Source: Candidatus Krumholzibacteriota bacterium (lineage in GTDB: Bacteria; Krumholzibacteriota; Krumholzibacteriia; JAJRXK01). Taken from it: 64,000 bases of DNA. The position numbers were made by a program, and so were the translations under genes. Below are positions 30,290-40,397 of this stretch, piece after piece. The first letter of the stretch is position 1. Each line of letters opens with the position of its first letter. The DNA lies in the NCBI GenBank assembly GCA_963806035.1, contig CAWDWO010000035.1:43702-107701 (forward strand). Direction: 5' to 3'. The notes beneath the pieces are model-generated. The model was not told the origin of the DNA, made no database searches, and saw nothing but the letters and a program-made list of their open reading frames with translations.

Positions 30290-31621
30290 CTAGAAGAGTT
30301 TCTGTACCGCACTCACCGCGGAAGGTAGTGCGAAGACGAGCACCTTGTCGCCGGGGTCGATGACGTCTCCCCCGCGAGGAATCACTACCTGATAGGGTTT
30401 GATGATGGCGCCGAGCAGAGCGTTCTTCGTGAATTCCACCTCGGCGAGCGGGATCCCCGTCACCTTGGAGTGTTCGGTAGCCTGTAGCTCCACGATCTCG
30501 GCGTCGTTTTCCTTGAGCGAGGTGAGGCTGAGCAAATTGCCGCGCCGGAAGTATCGCATGATGGCATCGGCGGTGGAGAGACGCGGCGAGACCGCGGCAT
30601 CCACGCCGATGGTCGAAAGGAGAGGCACGTAGTTCGGCTGACGAATGAGGGCGATGGTCTTGCGGGCACCGTGGGTGCGGGCCAAGAGGCTCGCCATGAG
30701 ATTCATGTCGTCGTCTTCGCTCAGGGCGACGAAGCCGTCCATCTCCGCCAGGCCCTCGCTCTCGAGGAACTCCAGGTCGGTCGGATCTCCCAGCAGGACC
30801 AGGGTATTCTCCAGCTTCGTGCTCGCGCGGTGCGCCAGATCGGAGTTGCTGTCCAGCAGCTTCACCGCGATACCGTTGTCGCTGAGCATCCGAGCCAGGC
30901 TCACTCCGATCGAATTGGCGCCCACGATCATCACTGCCTCGATGGGAGCGGTGGGCGGCGCCAGGTACTGGAGGGCCTCCTCGATCTTGCCTCGCCGGCC
31001 CACGATGAACACCTGGTCATCTTCCTGCAGAAGATCTTCGCCACAGGGGATGATGGTCTTGCCCGCGCGCGTGATGGACGCCACGAGCGCCCAGCGGGCA
31101 CCGAGTTCGCTCTCGATCTCGATCAGGCTCTTTCCCTCGACCGCGGCTCCTCTGCCCACGCGCGCGCCGACCACCTGCACGCGGCCGTCGGCGAACTCGT
31201 AGATGTCGGTGGCGGCCTTCTTCTGCAGAAGTTCGTAGAGCGCATTCACCGCCTCGCGGTCGGGATTGATGAGGTGGCTGATCTCCTCGAAGCACGAAGC
31301 TTCGCCGGCGTAGTAATCCTCGTTACGTACCCGGGCCACCTTGGTGGGCACGCCCAGACGATGCGCGGTGAGGCAGGCCAGAATGTTGATCTCATCCACG
31401 TCAGTGACGGCGATGAGGATGTCGGCCTTCTCGACCTCAGCCTCCTTGAGCATGGGAATCGTCGCGCCGTTGCCCTGAATCACCAAGGCGTCCAGATGTT
31501 GCTGCGCCTCGGCCACCACCGCTTCGTTGGCCTCGATGAGCGTGACATCGTGGTTCTCGCGGCTGAGGCGTTTTGCGACGATCGAGCCCACGGCTCCCGC
31601 CCCGACGATGATGATCTTCAC
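30290..31621 (-). CDS. trkA: Trk potassium uptake NAD-binding subunit
   Basis: Two RCK halves: IVGAGAVG, TDVDEIN, IVGANSIG. Confidence 0.95.
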   Translation of the reverse strand: MKIIIVGAGAVGSIVAKRLSRENHDVTLIEANEAVVAEAQQHLDALVIQGNGATIPMLKEAEVEKADILIAVTDVDEINILACLTAHRLGVPTKVARVRNEDYYAGEASCFEEISHLINPDREAVNALYELLQKKAATDIYEFADGRVQVVGARVGRGAAVEGKSLIEIESELGARWALVASITRAGKTIIPCGEDLLQEDDQVFIVGRRGKIEEALQYLAPPTAPIEAVMIVGANSIGVSLARMLSDNGIAVKLLDSNSDLAHRASTKLENTLVLLGDPTDLEFLESEGLAEMDGFVALSEDDDMNLMASLLARTHGARKTIALIRQPNYVPLLSTIGVDAAVSPRLSTADAIMRYFRRGNLLSLTSLKENDAEIVELQATEHSKVTGIPLAEVEFTKNALLGAIIKPYQVVIPRGGDVIDPGDKVLVFALPSAVSAVQKLF

Positions 31622-31643
31622 CGCAATTCCTTTCGAGGCGAGA

Positions 31644-32666
31644 CTAGAGCGAGAGCCCGTTCAAAACTGACAGGGCGTGCTCACAGTCCTGGCGGCTGAC
31701 ATCCAGATGAACTGTGAGCCGGATGCGGCTGGGCCCGAAGGCCACCCCGCGCACGCCCTGCTCGGCGAGCAGAGAGAGCAGGCGCTCGGCCCCGACTTCC
31801 TCGTCCACGTCCACGATCACGATGTTGGTTTCCGGCAGGGAGGGAATGCTCATCCGCGGATGATCCAGGCCCTTAGCGAGCAGGCGCGCATTGGCGTGAT
31901 CCTCCTCGAGCCGGGCAAGGTTGTGATCGAGCGCGTAGAGACAGGCCGCGGCGAGAATGCCGGCCTGCCGCATTCCTCCTCCGAAGCGTTTGCGCAGGCG
32001 CCGGGCCTTGGCGATCTCCGCTTCGCTTCCCGCGAGACAGGATCCCACGGGGGCGCCGAGTCCTTTGGAAAAGCACACCGAGACCGTGTCCACGTTCTCG
32101 CACCAGCGCGCCAGAGGGATCGAAGTGGCCACCGAGGCATTGAAGAGGCGCGCGCCATCCAGATGCAGCTTCAAACCTCTTTCGTGGCAGCCCTGGCCGA
32201 CCTCGTCAATGCATGCGAGAGGGACGATCGTGCCTCCGTGGCGATTGTGGGTGTTCTCCAGACAGACCAGGGAGGGCCGCGGATTGTGCGCGTTCGCCGG
32301 CGCGATGCGCTTCTCGATCTCGCTCCACTTTGGCGCCCCGCTGGGTGAGGGCACCAGCGTCGGCCACAATCCGGAAAGGGCGGCGGGAGCACCAGCCTCG
32401 TAATTGTAGATGTGACTTTCAGCTTCCAGAATGAGCTGGTCGCCGGGCTGGGTGTGAAGCGCCACCCCGATCTGATTGCTCATGGTGCCGCTGGGAACGT
32501 AGAGAGCGGCCTCTTTGCCCAGCTCGCGCGCGACTCTCTCCTGCAACGAATTGACGCTGGGATCGTCACCGTGGACGTCGTCGCCGACTTCCGCTTCGGC
32601 GATGGCTTTCCGCATCGCGGTGCTGGGCCGCGTGACCGTGTCACTACGTAGATCGATAGTCTTCAT
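31644..32666 (-). CDS. ltaE: Low-specificity L-threonine aldolase
   Basis: [49 protein letters not shown]. Confidence 0.96.
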   Translation of the reverse strand: MKTIDLRSDTVTRPSTAMRKAIAEAEVGDDVHGDDPSVNSLQERVARELGKEAALYVPSGTMSNQIGVALHTQPGDQLILEAESHIYNYEAGAPAALSGLWPTLVPSPSGAPKWSEIEKRIAPANAHNPRPSLVCLENTHNRHGGTIVPLACIDEVGQGCHERGLKLHLDGARLFNASVATSIPLARWCENVDTVSVCFSKGLGAPVGSCLAGSEAEIAKARRLRKRFGGGMRQAGILAAACLYALDHNLARLEEDHANARLLAKGLDHPRMSIPSLPETNIVIVDVDEEVGAERLLSLLAEQGVRGVAFGPSRIRLTVHLDVSRQDCEHALSVLNGLSL

Positions 32667-32711
32667 GGCTTCGTGACGGAAATCACCCGCGCTCGGTCGA
32701 ACTCGAGCGGG

Positions 32712-32990
32712 CTAGGTCAGTGCGACCCGGTCCTTGAGCATCTTGCTCACCTTGAACACCGGAACACGGCGCTCGGGTACGGGCACCGCTTCCCCCGTGC
32801 GGGGGTTTCTCGCCATGCGCGCCTTGCGCTGTTTCACCTTGAAGGTGCCGAAACCTCGGATCTCCAAGTGCTTACCTTCGGCGAGAGCAGTGCCCACGCT
32901 CTTCAGGAAGAGCTCGACCGCTTCCGCGACCTCCTTCTTGGTCAATCCGGTCCTCAGTGCGATGTCCTCGACGATATCCTGTTTAGTCAT
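32712..32990 (-). CDS. hup: HU/IHF family DNA-binding protein
   Basis: MTKQDIV, EIRGFGTF, RNPRTGE, VPVFK. Confidence 0.92.
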   Translation of the reverse strand: MTKQDIVEDIALRTGLTKKEVAEAVELFLKSVGTALAEGKHLEIRGFGTFKVKQRKARMARNPRTGEAVPVPERRVPVFKVSKMLKDRVALT

Positions 32991-33127
32991 GGGAACACCC
33001 GTGGAGTGAAGTGGCATTGGGCCCAGGGCAGAACGCCCCGGTGGCGTGAGCGAAGTCCTCACACCGCACTTCAAGGGATACGCCTCATCTAACTCATTGT
33101 CAACAACCACTTTGGTCCATTTGTCCT

Positions 33128-33156
33128 GAAGCGGGGCCCGCGGGCGGCCCCGCTTC
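33128..33156. other. GC-rich inverted repeat between divergent genes
   Basis: gaagcggggcc...ggccccgcttc, 11-bp stem. Confidence 0.6.
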
Positions 33157-33169
33157 CCCGCCGTGCATC

Positions 33170-33185
33170 TGGCACTGCCTATGCA
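33170..33185 (+). promoter_or_regulatory. Putative sigma54 (-24/-12) promoter
   Basis: TGGCAC-TGCCT-ATGCA, GG-N10-GC spacing. Confidence 0.55.
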
Positions 33186-33315
33186 GGGAACAGGCGCAGA
33201 GACGCTGCCGCCACCGAGGAGACGTTCCGCGTCAGCGGGCCGGTGGCGAGGCGCGCCAGAACGATGACACAGCCCTGAGTCGGCAACTGAATCTGGAATC
33301 CGAGGTCATTCTACG

Positions 33316-33750
33316 ATGGCGATCTTCCGACGAGCCCCCTTGATCCTTCTGGGTGTAATCGTCCTACTGGCAATACTTTTCGCGGGTTGTGGCAACGAGT
33401 CGGCGGGAACCAGCCCCAAGCTGGACACCAACCCTCCCGCCGTCCCGCTCGAGCTCACGGCCCAGGTGGTCGCGGGGGCAGGGGTCAGTCTCAGCTGGGC
33501 CGCCAACACCGTCGATTCCGATCTCCGTGGCTACATTGCATATCGCAGCGAATCGCCCCATGGGGGGTTCGCCCCGCTCAACCGCGATCCGGTGACCACG
33601 AATTCCCTGCTGGATCGCAGCGCGAAGCCCGGGCACAGCTACTGGTACCAGGTGGCCGCGCGCGACGTGAACCGCAACGAAAGTGCCCGCAGCGCCAGCA
33701 CGGCGGTCAGTCTCTCTGCAAGCAGCCGAACGCAGCTGGCCTCGCGCTGA
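33316..33750 (+). CDS. Small lipoprotein with a fibronectin type III domain
   Basis: Lipobox FAGC; DTNPPAVP..LSW..GY..YR..YWYQV.A.D..NES. Confidence 0.8.
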   Translation: MAIFRRAPLILLGVIVLLAILFAGCGNESAGTSPKLDTNPPAVPLELTAQVVAGAGVSLSWAANTVDSDLRGYIAYRSESPHGGFAPLNRDPVTTNSLLDRSAKPGHSYWYQVAARDVNRNESARSASTAVSLSASSRTQLASR

Positions 33751-33904
33751 ACTCCGCGACCCCTTGCTGGACTCGAAGTGGACTCGGACTGCCAATCCGG
33801 CGCCGTTGAGGTGAATTGGTACGACTTTCGCTCTCAAGGGGTCGTCTGGGGTCCACTGCGGAAGCATCCGCGATACGAGGCTATGAGTTCGCGTGGGGAG
33901 CGCC

Positions 33905-36900
33905 ATGGATCGCAATCTCGAGAAAAATCTTCGCAAGATCCAAGGCTTGCGCGAAAAGGGGCAGCTGGAAAAGGCGCTTTCTCAGCTCGAATCGTGGGCC
34001 AAAAAGAACCCGGATACCCCGCACTACCAGTATGAAGCGGCCAACGTGGCCCTGGACCTGGGGGACCACGTCAACGGCCTGCGCTGGCTGAAGAATCTGC
34101 TCCGCACCGCTCCGGACAGTCGCGCCAGGGTGTTGGATGCCGTGCAGGAACGCTTCGAGAACGAGCCGATTCTGCCTCTGGGCGAATTCCTGGTCGATCG
34201 CTATCTCTCGCGTGACGATACGGAATCCACCTTCGCCGTGGTGCAAAAGCTCGGCGAGGAGGCCCTGGAGCAGTACCGGCAGAAACTGAAGATCCGTCAC
34301 GCCGGCCTGGCGCCCTCCTCTTCTCCCGATCTGTTGAAATTCAGCCTCTACGCGCAACTCGCCGTCGCGCATGCCCAAAAGCTCCCCGAGGAGTTCGCGG
34401 CGCGCGCGCGCGAGCTGCTGCGCGCCGTCCCCGAAGAGGGCGAAGGTCTGGCGGGCCTGTGCGAATCCGAACTCACGAACCATCCCCACTGCGCCGCGCT
34501 TCTGGCCGCCACCGGCCTGGCCCAACTGCAGGCCAAGAAAGTACAACAGGCCTGTCAGAACCTGAGCCGGGTCAACGGCAAAGAGAACGCCGAATCGCTG
34601 CTCGAAGTCCTGCGCGAGCAGAGGGTTTCCGAGGAGCACCGCGGAGCCTGGCTGAGAACGCTGGCCGAGCTCTCACTGGCCAGCGGGTCCTGCGAGGAGG
34701 CCGCGGATTTCTTCCGCGAGGCGGCCGATGCCGACCCCAAGTCGCGCACGGAGATTCTGCAGCGGCTGGAGAACTTGCCCGCGTCGATCGACGCCGCCTC
34801 CGCAGTTCCTCTCTGGAAACTTCAATTGCGCCTGCTCGTGGTGATGCGCAGGTACTCCAGCGTATCCAAGCTGATCGAAAAGCTACAGAGCCAGGCCGAA
34901 GTCGACGTGGGCGAGCTGCGCGCTCTGATGGGTGAGGGTGAGGAGAACTCCAAAAGCTCGACCGAGATGGCCTATCTTCTGACCGAAGCCGCGCTGCAGG
35001 CCCAAGATCTCGCGGCGGCGGTGCAACACACCACGGAGATCCCCGACCAGGACGAGCACTCCCTGCACAAGGTCATTCGCGCCATCGAACAGGTCATGCC
35101 CGAATGGTCCGACGAGGAGCGCCTGGAACTCGCCGCGCTGCAGGCCGTGATCTACGCGCGTCTGGGCCAACAGCGGGGAGCAAATGAGACCCTGGCTGAA
35201 TTGTGGGAGAAGGAGGAGAACGCGAGCGCGCTCTTCGCGGTCACCCGCACCTGCCTGCAACGTGTACACCCTTCGGCCCGTCTTCTTTCCGCCATGCTCA
35301 AGCCCGCCTTGTCCGCCGGTGAGACCGATCTCTTGAGCGAAGCCCTCGACGGCCTTTTGCGTCACAACCCCGAGGACCTGAAGTGGACCGCGGACGACAT
35401 CGTGACGCAGCTGGATGAAATGCCCGAGTACAGCGAGACCCTGCTCAACATCCTGGACCGCGCGGACAAGGAGCTCGGCGCCACCCAATTGCTGCGCTAC
35501 CCCATGGCCTGCGCGGCCCTGAGCTGCGGCAAGGTCGAGCGCGCGGTGCCCGAGTTCCAGATCCTGCTCATGGCCCGACCCCAGCTCGCCGAGGAGGTTC
35601 TGGAGCGTCTGCGGCGCGCCCTGCAACAGAGCCCCGAGGACGCCGAACTCAACCTGGCCGCTTTCGACCTGCTCTCAGAAGCCCAGGAACACGAAGAGGC
35701 CGAACGGTGTCTGGTCCGCGCGCTGCGAGCCGAGCCCGAACGCATTCAGGAACTCAGCGAGCGCTTCGAGCAACTCCTGGCCGATGCTCCACAGTCCTCC
35801 TCGCTGTGGCTCGGCTACGGCGAAGCCCTGTACGGTATCGGGCGTTTCGCTCAACTCGACGAGCTCGTGAAGCGCGCCCTCTTTGCTGAGATCGATGCCG
35901 GCAGCCTGGCCGACTTGCGCCTCTTGCAGGCGCGCGTGCTCCTGGACGAGGGGCACGTGGACGACGCGGTGGCGCACATCGAACTGCTGTTGAACGAAAC
36001 CGAGAACACGCCGTCCAAGGCGGTGGAGGTTTTGCAGGGACTGCTCGAGAGCGATCCGGGGAATGCCCGTGCGCGCTACCTCTTGGGCGTGGCCGCCGAG
36101 GACGATCTCGATCTCGCGGTGCCCTCCTTCTGCAAGGCTGCCGAGCTGGACCGCAATTTGTCAGCCAATGCCGCGGCCCAACTCGATGCACTCCTGGCGC
36201 GTCCTTCGGCGAGCGCCACTCACTTCCTCCTCGTCGCCAACTTCGACCGGCGCTTCCGCGATCCCGAATCGGCCGCGCGCGCTTACGAACGCGCATTGCG
36301 CCTCGATGCCAATACCGCCGACCGCGTCCTGGCCGACTTGAGCGCCGAGCTGGAGAGCCCTTCGGCCACTCTCTCGCTCCTCTACACTGCCGCCCATGCC
36401 GCGCGGAACGCGGGCCGGCTGGAACAGGCCTGCCAGATTTTGACGCGTCTCTACGGGCAGAACACGGGCGAGATCCGGCACGTGCTCGCCGAGTTGCGCA
36501 AGATCGCCCAGGAGTATCCCGAGGAACTCCTGCCGCAGAGAACCAGCGCTCGCATCCTGCTCGCGGACAAACAGGTGAATGCGGCGGCCGAGCTCGTCGC
36601 TTCTCTGTCCACCAACTCGAACTACCCGGTGGAGCTGAGGCGCGCCATGCTGGAGGAATTCCAGCAGCGCGTTCCCTCCCACTGGGGCCTGCTCATGGGC
36701 TTGGCCCAGTTCAGGGGACAGGATGGCGAACGCGACGAGGCGTCCCAGCTGTTGTGGCAAGCGCTGGAGCATGAAGATCTCGACCTGGAATCGGCGCTCA
36801 CCATCACGGAGTCGCTCCTTCAGGATGCGCCCGAACACGGAGAGCTGCGGCTGATCCAGCACGATCTTCTCTTGCGAGCGGGCCGCGTCGAGGAAGCCTT

Positions 36901-37711
36901 CGATGCCCTGCCCCAGCCGAGCGCCCTTCCGCGCGAGCGGCAGCACGAACTCAACACCCGTCTCTCGGCCGCGACCCGGCGCGGTTTCGGCCAGGTCAAT
37001 TTCGTCCTGCGGCAGGCCGAATCGTACCGGCAGGAGGGCCGCAGGGACGAAAGTCTGGCCGTGTTGCGCCAGGCCTTCGAGAAGGCCCAGGGAGAGGACC
37101 GAATCCGCCTGGGCAGCGAGCTGGCCCGAGGCCTCAAGCACGTGGGCCGGCAGGAAGAAGCGCGGAGCATCTTCGAGAGCCTCAACGAGGAAGGGCTGGA
37201 GTGGACGGAGGTCTACTCCATGGTGGGACGCTGGCGGCTCGAACGGCTCGAACGCAAGAGCGATGCGCTGCGACAGAGGATCGACGCCAAACCCGACGAT
37301 GCCGAGGCGCGTCTGAAGCTCGGCGCCATCCTGCTCGAGCGCGATCGGGTGGAAGAGGCGGCCACCCTCCTCAGTGAAACCAGGACGGAGGGCGAAGCGC
37401 GTCTGCGTAGAGCCTGTCTTCTGGCGGACGCCTACCTGCGCCTGGATCGCTGCACGCGAGCTGAAGCGGTCCTGCATGCGGTGATGGATGAAGCAGAGGA
37501 CTTCTGGGAGGAAGAGTTGCAGTGGCGCATGGCCCAGTGCGCGCAGCGCATGGAACGTCACGCCGAATGCCATGCCCGCTACGAAAGACTTTTCGAGAGT
37601 ACACGATACGGTGAACGCGCCCGCGAGAGGGCCACGGAGGCCTACGGCCGCTATCTCAGTGATCTCGCTGGAGAGTACCGCGCGGTGCTCTCTCGCGTGA
37701 GCACACTCTAG
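33905..37711 (+). CDS. Very large TPR/alpha-solenoid protein (about 1270 aa)
   Basis: Long ORF with repeated TPR-like units (DPGNARARYLLG, AYERALRLDA, KPDDAEARLKLG); ATG after GGGGAG. Confidence 0.75.
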   Translation: MDRNLEKNLRKIQGLREKGQLEKALSQLESWAKKNPDTPHYQYEAANVALDLGDHVNGLRWLKNLLRTAPDSRARVLDAVQERFENEPILPLGEFLVDRYLSRDDTESTFAVVQKLGEEALEQYRQKLKIRHAGLAPSSSPDLLKFSLYAQLAVAHAQKLPEEFAARARELLRAVPEEGEGLAGLCESELTNHPHCAALLAATGLAQLQAKKVQQACQNLSRVNGKENAESLLEVLREQRVSEEHRGAWLRTLAELSLASGSCEEAADFFREAADADPKSRTEILQRLENLPASIDAASAVPLWKLQLRLLVVMRRYSSVSKLIEKLQSQAEVDVGELRALMGEGEENSKSSTEMAYLLTEAALQAQDLAAAVQHTTEIPDQDEHSLHKVIRAIEQVMPEWSDEERLELAALQAVIYARLGQQRGANETLAELWEKEENASALFAVTRTCLQRVHPSARLLSAMLKPALSAGETDLLSEALDGLLRHNPEDLKWTADDIVTQLDEMPEYSETLLNILDRADKELGATQLLRYPMACAALSCGKVERAVPEFQILLMARPQLAEEVLERLRRALQQSPEDAELNLAAFDLLSEAQEHEEAERCLVRALRAEPERIQELSERFEQLLADAPQSSSLWLGYGEALYGIGRFAQLDELVKRALFAEIDAGSLADLRLLQARVLLDEGHVDDAVAHIELLLNETENTPSKAVEVLQGLLESDPGNARARYLLGVAAEDDLDLAVPSFCKAAELDRNLSANAAAQLDALLARPSASATHFLLVANFDRRFRDPESAARAYERALRLDANTADRVLADLSAELESPSATLSLLYTAAHAARNAGRLEQACQILTRLYGQNTGEIRHVLAELRKIAQEYPEELLPQRTSARILLADKQVNAAAELVASLSTNSNYPVELRRAMLEEFQQRVPSHWGLLMGLAQFRGQDGERDEASQLLWQALEHEDLDLESALTITESLLQDAPEHGELRLIQHDLLLRAGRVEEAFDALPQPSALPRERQHELNTRLSAATRRGFGQVNFVLRQAESYRQEGRRDESLAVLRQAFEKAQGEDRIRLGSELARGLKHVGRQEEARSIFESLNEEGLEWTEVYSMVGRWRLERLERKSDALRQRIDAKPDDAEARLKLGAILLERDRVEEAATLLSETRTEGEARLRRACLLADAYLRLDRCTRAEAVLHAVMDEAEDFWEEELQWRMAQCAQRMERHAECHARYERLFESTRYGERARERATEAYGRYLSDLAGEYRAVLSRVSTL

Positions 37712-37729
37712 TCAAAAGAGGAAGTCGAC

Positions 37730-39277
37730 ATGTACGACGAGAGCAATGACCAAACAACCACGGTTCAGGACAAAGATCCGGGCGCGAGCAAAGAGTCCCC
37801 CGCGACCGAGCGCGTAGTCCTTCAGGCCCTGGAGGGTTTGGCGCACGCCACGGACCGTCTGGTGGACGAGGTGAAGGAAAGCTCTCGCACTCAGGATGCG
37901 GCCTGGCGCGGCAGCCTGGCGGACGGGCTCGACGGAGTGGTGGACCAGGTGGAACACCGTCTCAGCAAAGAGAGGGGCCAGCTGGAATCCATCCTGCGGG
38001 GGGCCATGGAGGAAATCCTCGCGGCCAAGATCGAGGAATTGCGCGAGCTGGCCGGCGGAAAGTTCGACAGCGACGAGCTCGAGGAGACGGTCTCGCGGCG
38101 AGCCGAGCTCCTGGAGAACTCTCTCGCGGCGCGGCTCTCCGAAGTGCTTCAGGAGTCCCTGGCCAAGTACCTCGAGCTGCGCGGGGATGGCCCGGCCGAT
38201 GGAGGGACCCCCTCCGATGCGAGCGGACCCGTGAGTTCAGTCGCGGACACGAATTCAGGCGAGCTTCGCAATGAGGATACCGGCGCGATCGTCGAGACGG
38301 TAGTCGCCCAGTTCGAGGACAAGTTGAAGCAGGCGTTGAGCGAGCACGACGAGAGCGTCAACGACGCCTTCGCCTCTCGCGTCGAGAAGCTCTTGGACGA
38401 GGCTCTGGCCAAGCGAGCTGAAGCCGATTCAGAGGGCTACAAGTCCGCCCTGCAGGAATCTCTCGACGAGCAAAAAGACAGCGCCGAGCAAATGCTGAAG
38501 GAGCAATTGCAATCGCTCAAGGAATCGCTGGAGCAGTCGATTGCCTCGCTCAAGGAAGAAGTGCAGACGCAGGCCGAAGCTCTACGCAAGGTCTTTAAGG
38601 AGTCGAGCGAAGAGCGTTCGAGCCAGTTGAGCCACTGGCACGAGGAACAGAACGAGCGCATCGGGCAGATCGAAAGCGAGACCAAAGAACTCAGCTCCAT
38701 GGGTGAGCGCATCGAGAAGAGCCACGGGGAAATCTCGCAGTTCTTCGAGGATCAGAGAAAACGCGCACAGGCCGAAGAAGACCGCCAGCGCAAGGAAGAG
38801 GCGCGGCGTCTCAACAACGCCGGAGTGAGCGCCTACCATGCGGGAGAATTCGAGACCGCCCTCGGCCTCTTCGAGAAGGCGATCGAACGCGATGTCAAGT
38901 TCAGCCAGGCTTTCAACAACCTGGGGCTCACTCTGACCGAACTGGATCGTCACGAGGAAGCGCAGAATGCCTTCGAGTCCGCGCTCGAGTTGGATCCCGA
39001 GTTGGGCGCGACCTACAACAACCTGGGCTACGCGCTCTTCCTCCAGGAGAACTACGAGGCCGCCATCCAAATGTACAAGGAGGCGGTGGGCCGCCACTGC
39101 GACGTCAGCGCGGCCTGGACAAACCTCGGCAACGCCCACCACAAGCTGGGAGAGACCGAGAAGGCGGTGCAGGCCTGGCAGCACGCGCTCGAAGCCGATC
39201 CGGGCAACGAACGCGCGCAGTCCTACCTGGAGCAGGTCACGGCCGGGATGAACCGGGACTCGTCGAAGAAATCCTAG
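37730..39277 (+). CDS. Coiled-coil protein with C-terminal TPR repeats
   Basis: Acidic heptad-rich N-terminus; AFNNLG, TYNNLG, AWTNLG TPRs. Confidence 0.85.
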   Translation: MYDESNDQTTTVQDKDPGASKESPATERVVLQALEGLAHATDRLVDEVKESSRTQDAAWRGSLADGLDGVVDQVEHRLSKERGQLESILRGAMEEILAAKIEELRELAGGKFDSDELEETVSRRAELLENSLAARLSEVLQESLAKYLELRGDGPADGGTPSDASGPVSSVADTNSGELRNEDTGAIVETVVAQFEDKLKQALSEHDESVNDAFASRVEKLLDEALAKRAEADSEGYKSALQESLDEQKDSAEQMLKEQLQSLKESLEQSIASLKEEVQTQAEALRKVFKESSEERSSQLSHWHEEQNERIGQIESETKELSSMGERIEKSHGEISQFFEDQRKRAQAEEDRQRKEEARRLNNAGVSAYHAGEFETALGLFEKAIERDVKFSQAFNNLGLTLTELDRHEEAQNAFESALELDPELGATYNNLGYALFLQENYEAAIQMYKEAVGRHCDVSAAWTNLGNAHHKLGETEKAVQAWQHALEADPGNERAQSYLEQVTAGMNRDSSKKS

Positions 39278-40394
39278 GAGAACCCGCCGCCTTGGGAAGC
39301 AGTGGCTGCAGCTCGTGCAGGGCTTCCCACACTTCTTCCACGGAGATTCCCTCCATGGTGCCGTCGGCGCTCTGGAGAGCCACCAATTGCTCCGCGGGGG
39401 GCTTCCAGCTACTCGCCGGCGTGGGACCGAAGAGAGCCAGAGTAGGCACCCCCAAAGCTCCCGCCACGTGCATGATGCCGGTGTCGTTCACCAGGGCCAG
39501 CTCGGAGGCGGCCAGGGCCGCTCCCACCGTCCGCACCGAGACCCCGCGCAGCACGGGCAGAGAGAAACTCAGGAGCGCCTGCAGCTGGGCCGTGGCCTCC
39601 CCATCGGCGGGACCCTCCACGCACCAGGGAGACCATCCCGCCTCGCGAAGGCCCTGCACCACCCTTGCGAAGCGCTCCACCGGCCAGCGGTTGGCCCGCT
39701 TGCCGGCGCCCGGATGGACCGCGAAGTAGGGCCCATCCCCCACCGACTCGAGGAAGCGGGCGGCGCTCTCTTCGTCCTCTTCAGAGAGGATGAGGATGGT
39801 GCTCCTGTCGCTGGTGGTGATTCCGATGCTCGCGAGCGGCTGCAGGCCGTGATCGATCGCGTGCCCTCCGAGTTCCTTGCTGCTGGGCATCTGGAGATTG
39901 TAGAGCCACTGGCTGAAGGACCAACCGAAGGGCCGGCTGTCGCCCCCGATGATGCGCCGCGCCCCGCTCAATACCGCGATCCACGAGGAGGTTCCGCTGT
40001 AGGATACGCTATTGAGAACGATCGCCAGATCGGGATCGAAGTCCCGCAGCGAGCGAATGAAGCGAATCGCACGCACGAAGGAACGGCGCAGGCTCACTTT
40101 GTCGAAGAGGAAGACCCGCTCGAGGTAGGGATTGCCGCGCACCACACCGTCGTTCACCGGGGCGGTCACGATGGCCAGTCGGGCCCCGGGAAAGGTCTCC
40201 GCGATCGCGCGGATGGCGGGCACCGCGCAGAGCATGTCCCCCATCTGATTGTGCTGGCGAACGATCAGGATGCGCCGCGGACCTTCCGCCACGATCTCTT
40301 GCAGACTCAAGCGCGGCCGGTGAAAGAAGGGCCGCAGCAGCCATTCGAGCCCTCGTTTGAGCCAGCGGTCCCTCTTGCGATTCACGCGCTCCAT
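39237..40394 (-). CDS. Glycosyltransferase family 9 (LPS heptosyltransferase-like)
   Basis: QMGDML, HPGAGK..RWP..F, NDTGIMHVA.A, LFGPT. Confidence 0.9.
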   Translation of the reverse strand: MERVNRKRDRWLKRGLEWLLRPFFHRPRLSLQEIVAEGPRRILIVRQHNQMGDMLCAVPAIRAIAETFPGARLAIVTAPVNDGVVRGNPYLERVFLFDKVSLRRSFVRAIRFIRSLRDFDPDLAIVLNSVSYSGTSSWIAVLSGARRIIGGDSRPFGWSFSQWLYNLQMPSSKELGGHAIDHGLQPLASIGITTSDRSTILILSEEDEESAARFLESVGDGPYFAVHPGAGKRANRWPVERFARVVQGLREAGWSPWCVEGPADGEATAQLQALLSFSLPVLRGVSVRTVGAALAASELALVNDTGIMHVAGALGVPTLALFGPTPASSWKPPAEQLVALQSADGTMEGISVEEVWEALHELQPLLPKAAGSPRISSTSPGSSRP

Positions 40395-40397
40395 TCC

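Noticed and set aside
39237..39277. 41-bp convergent overlap of the TPR and GT9 genes
   Set aside because: Short 3' overlaps are common in GC-rich genomes; no evidence of function
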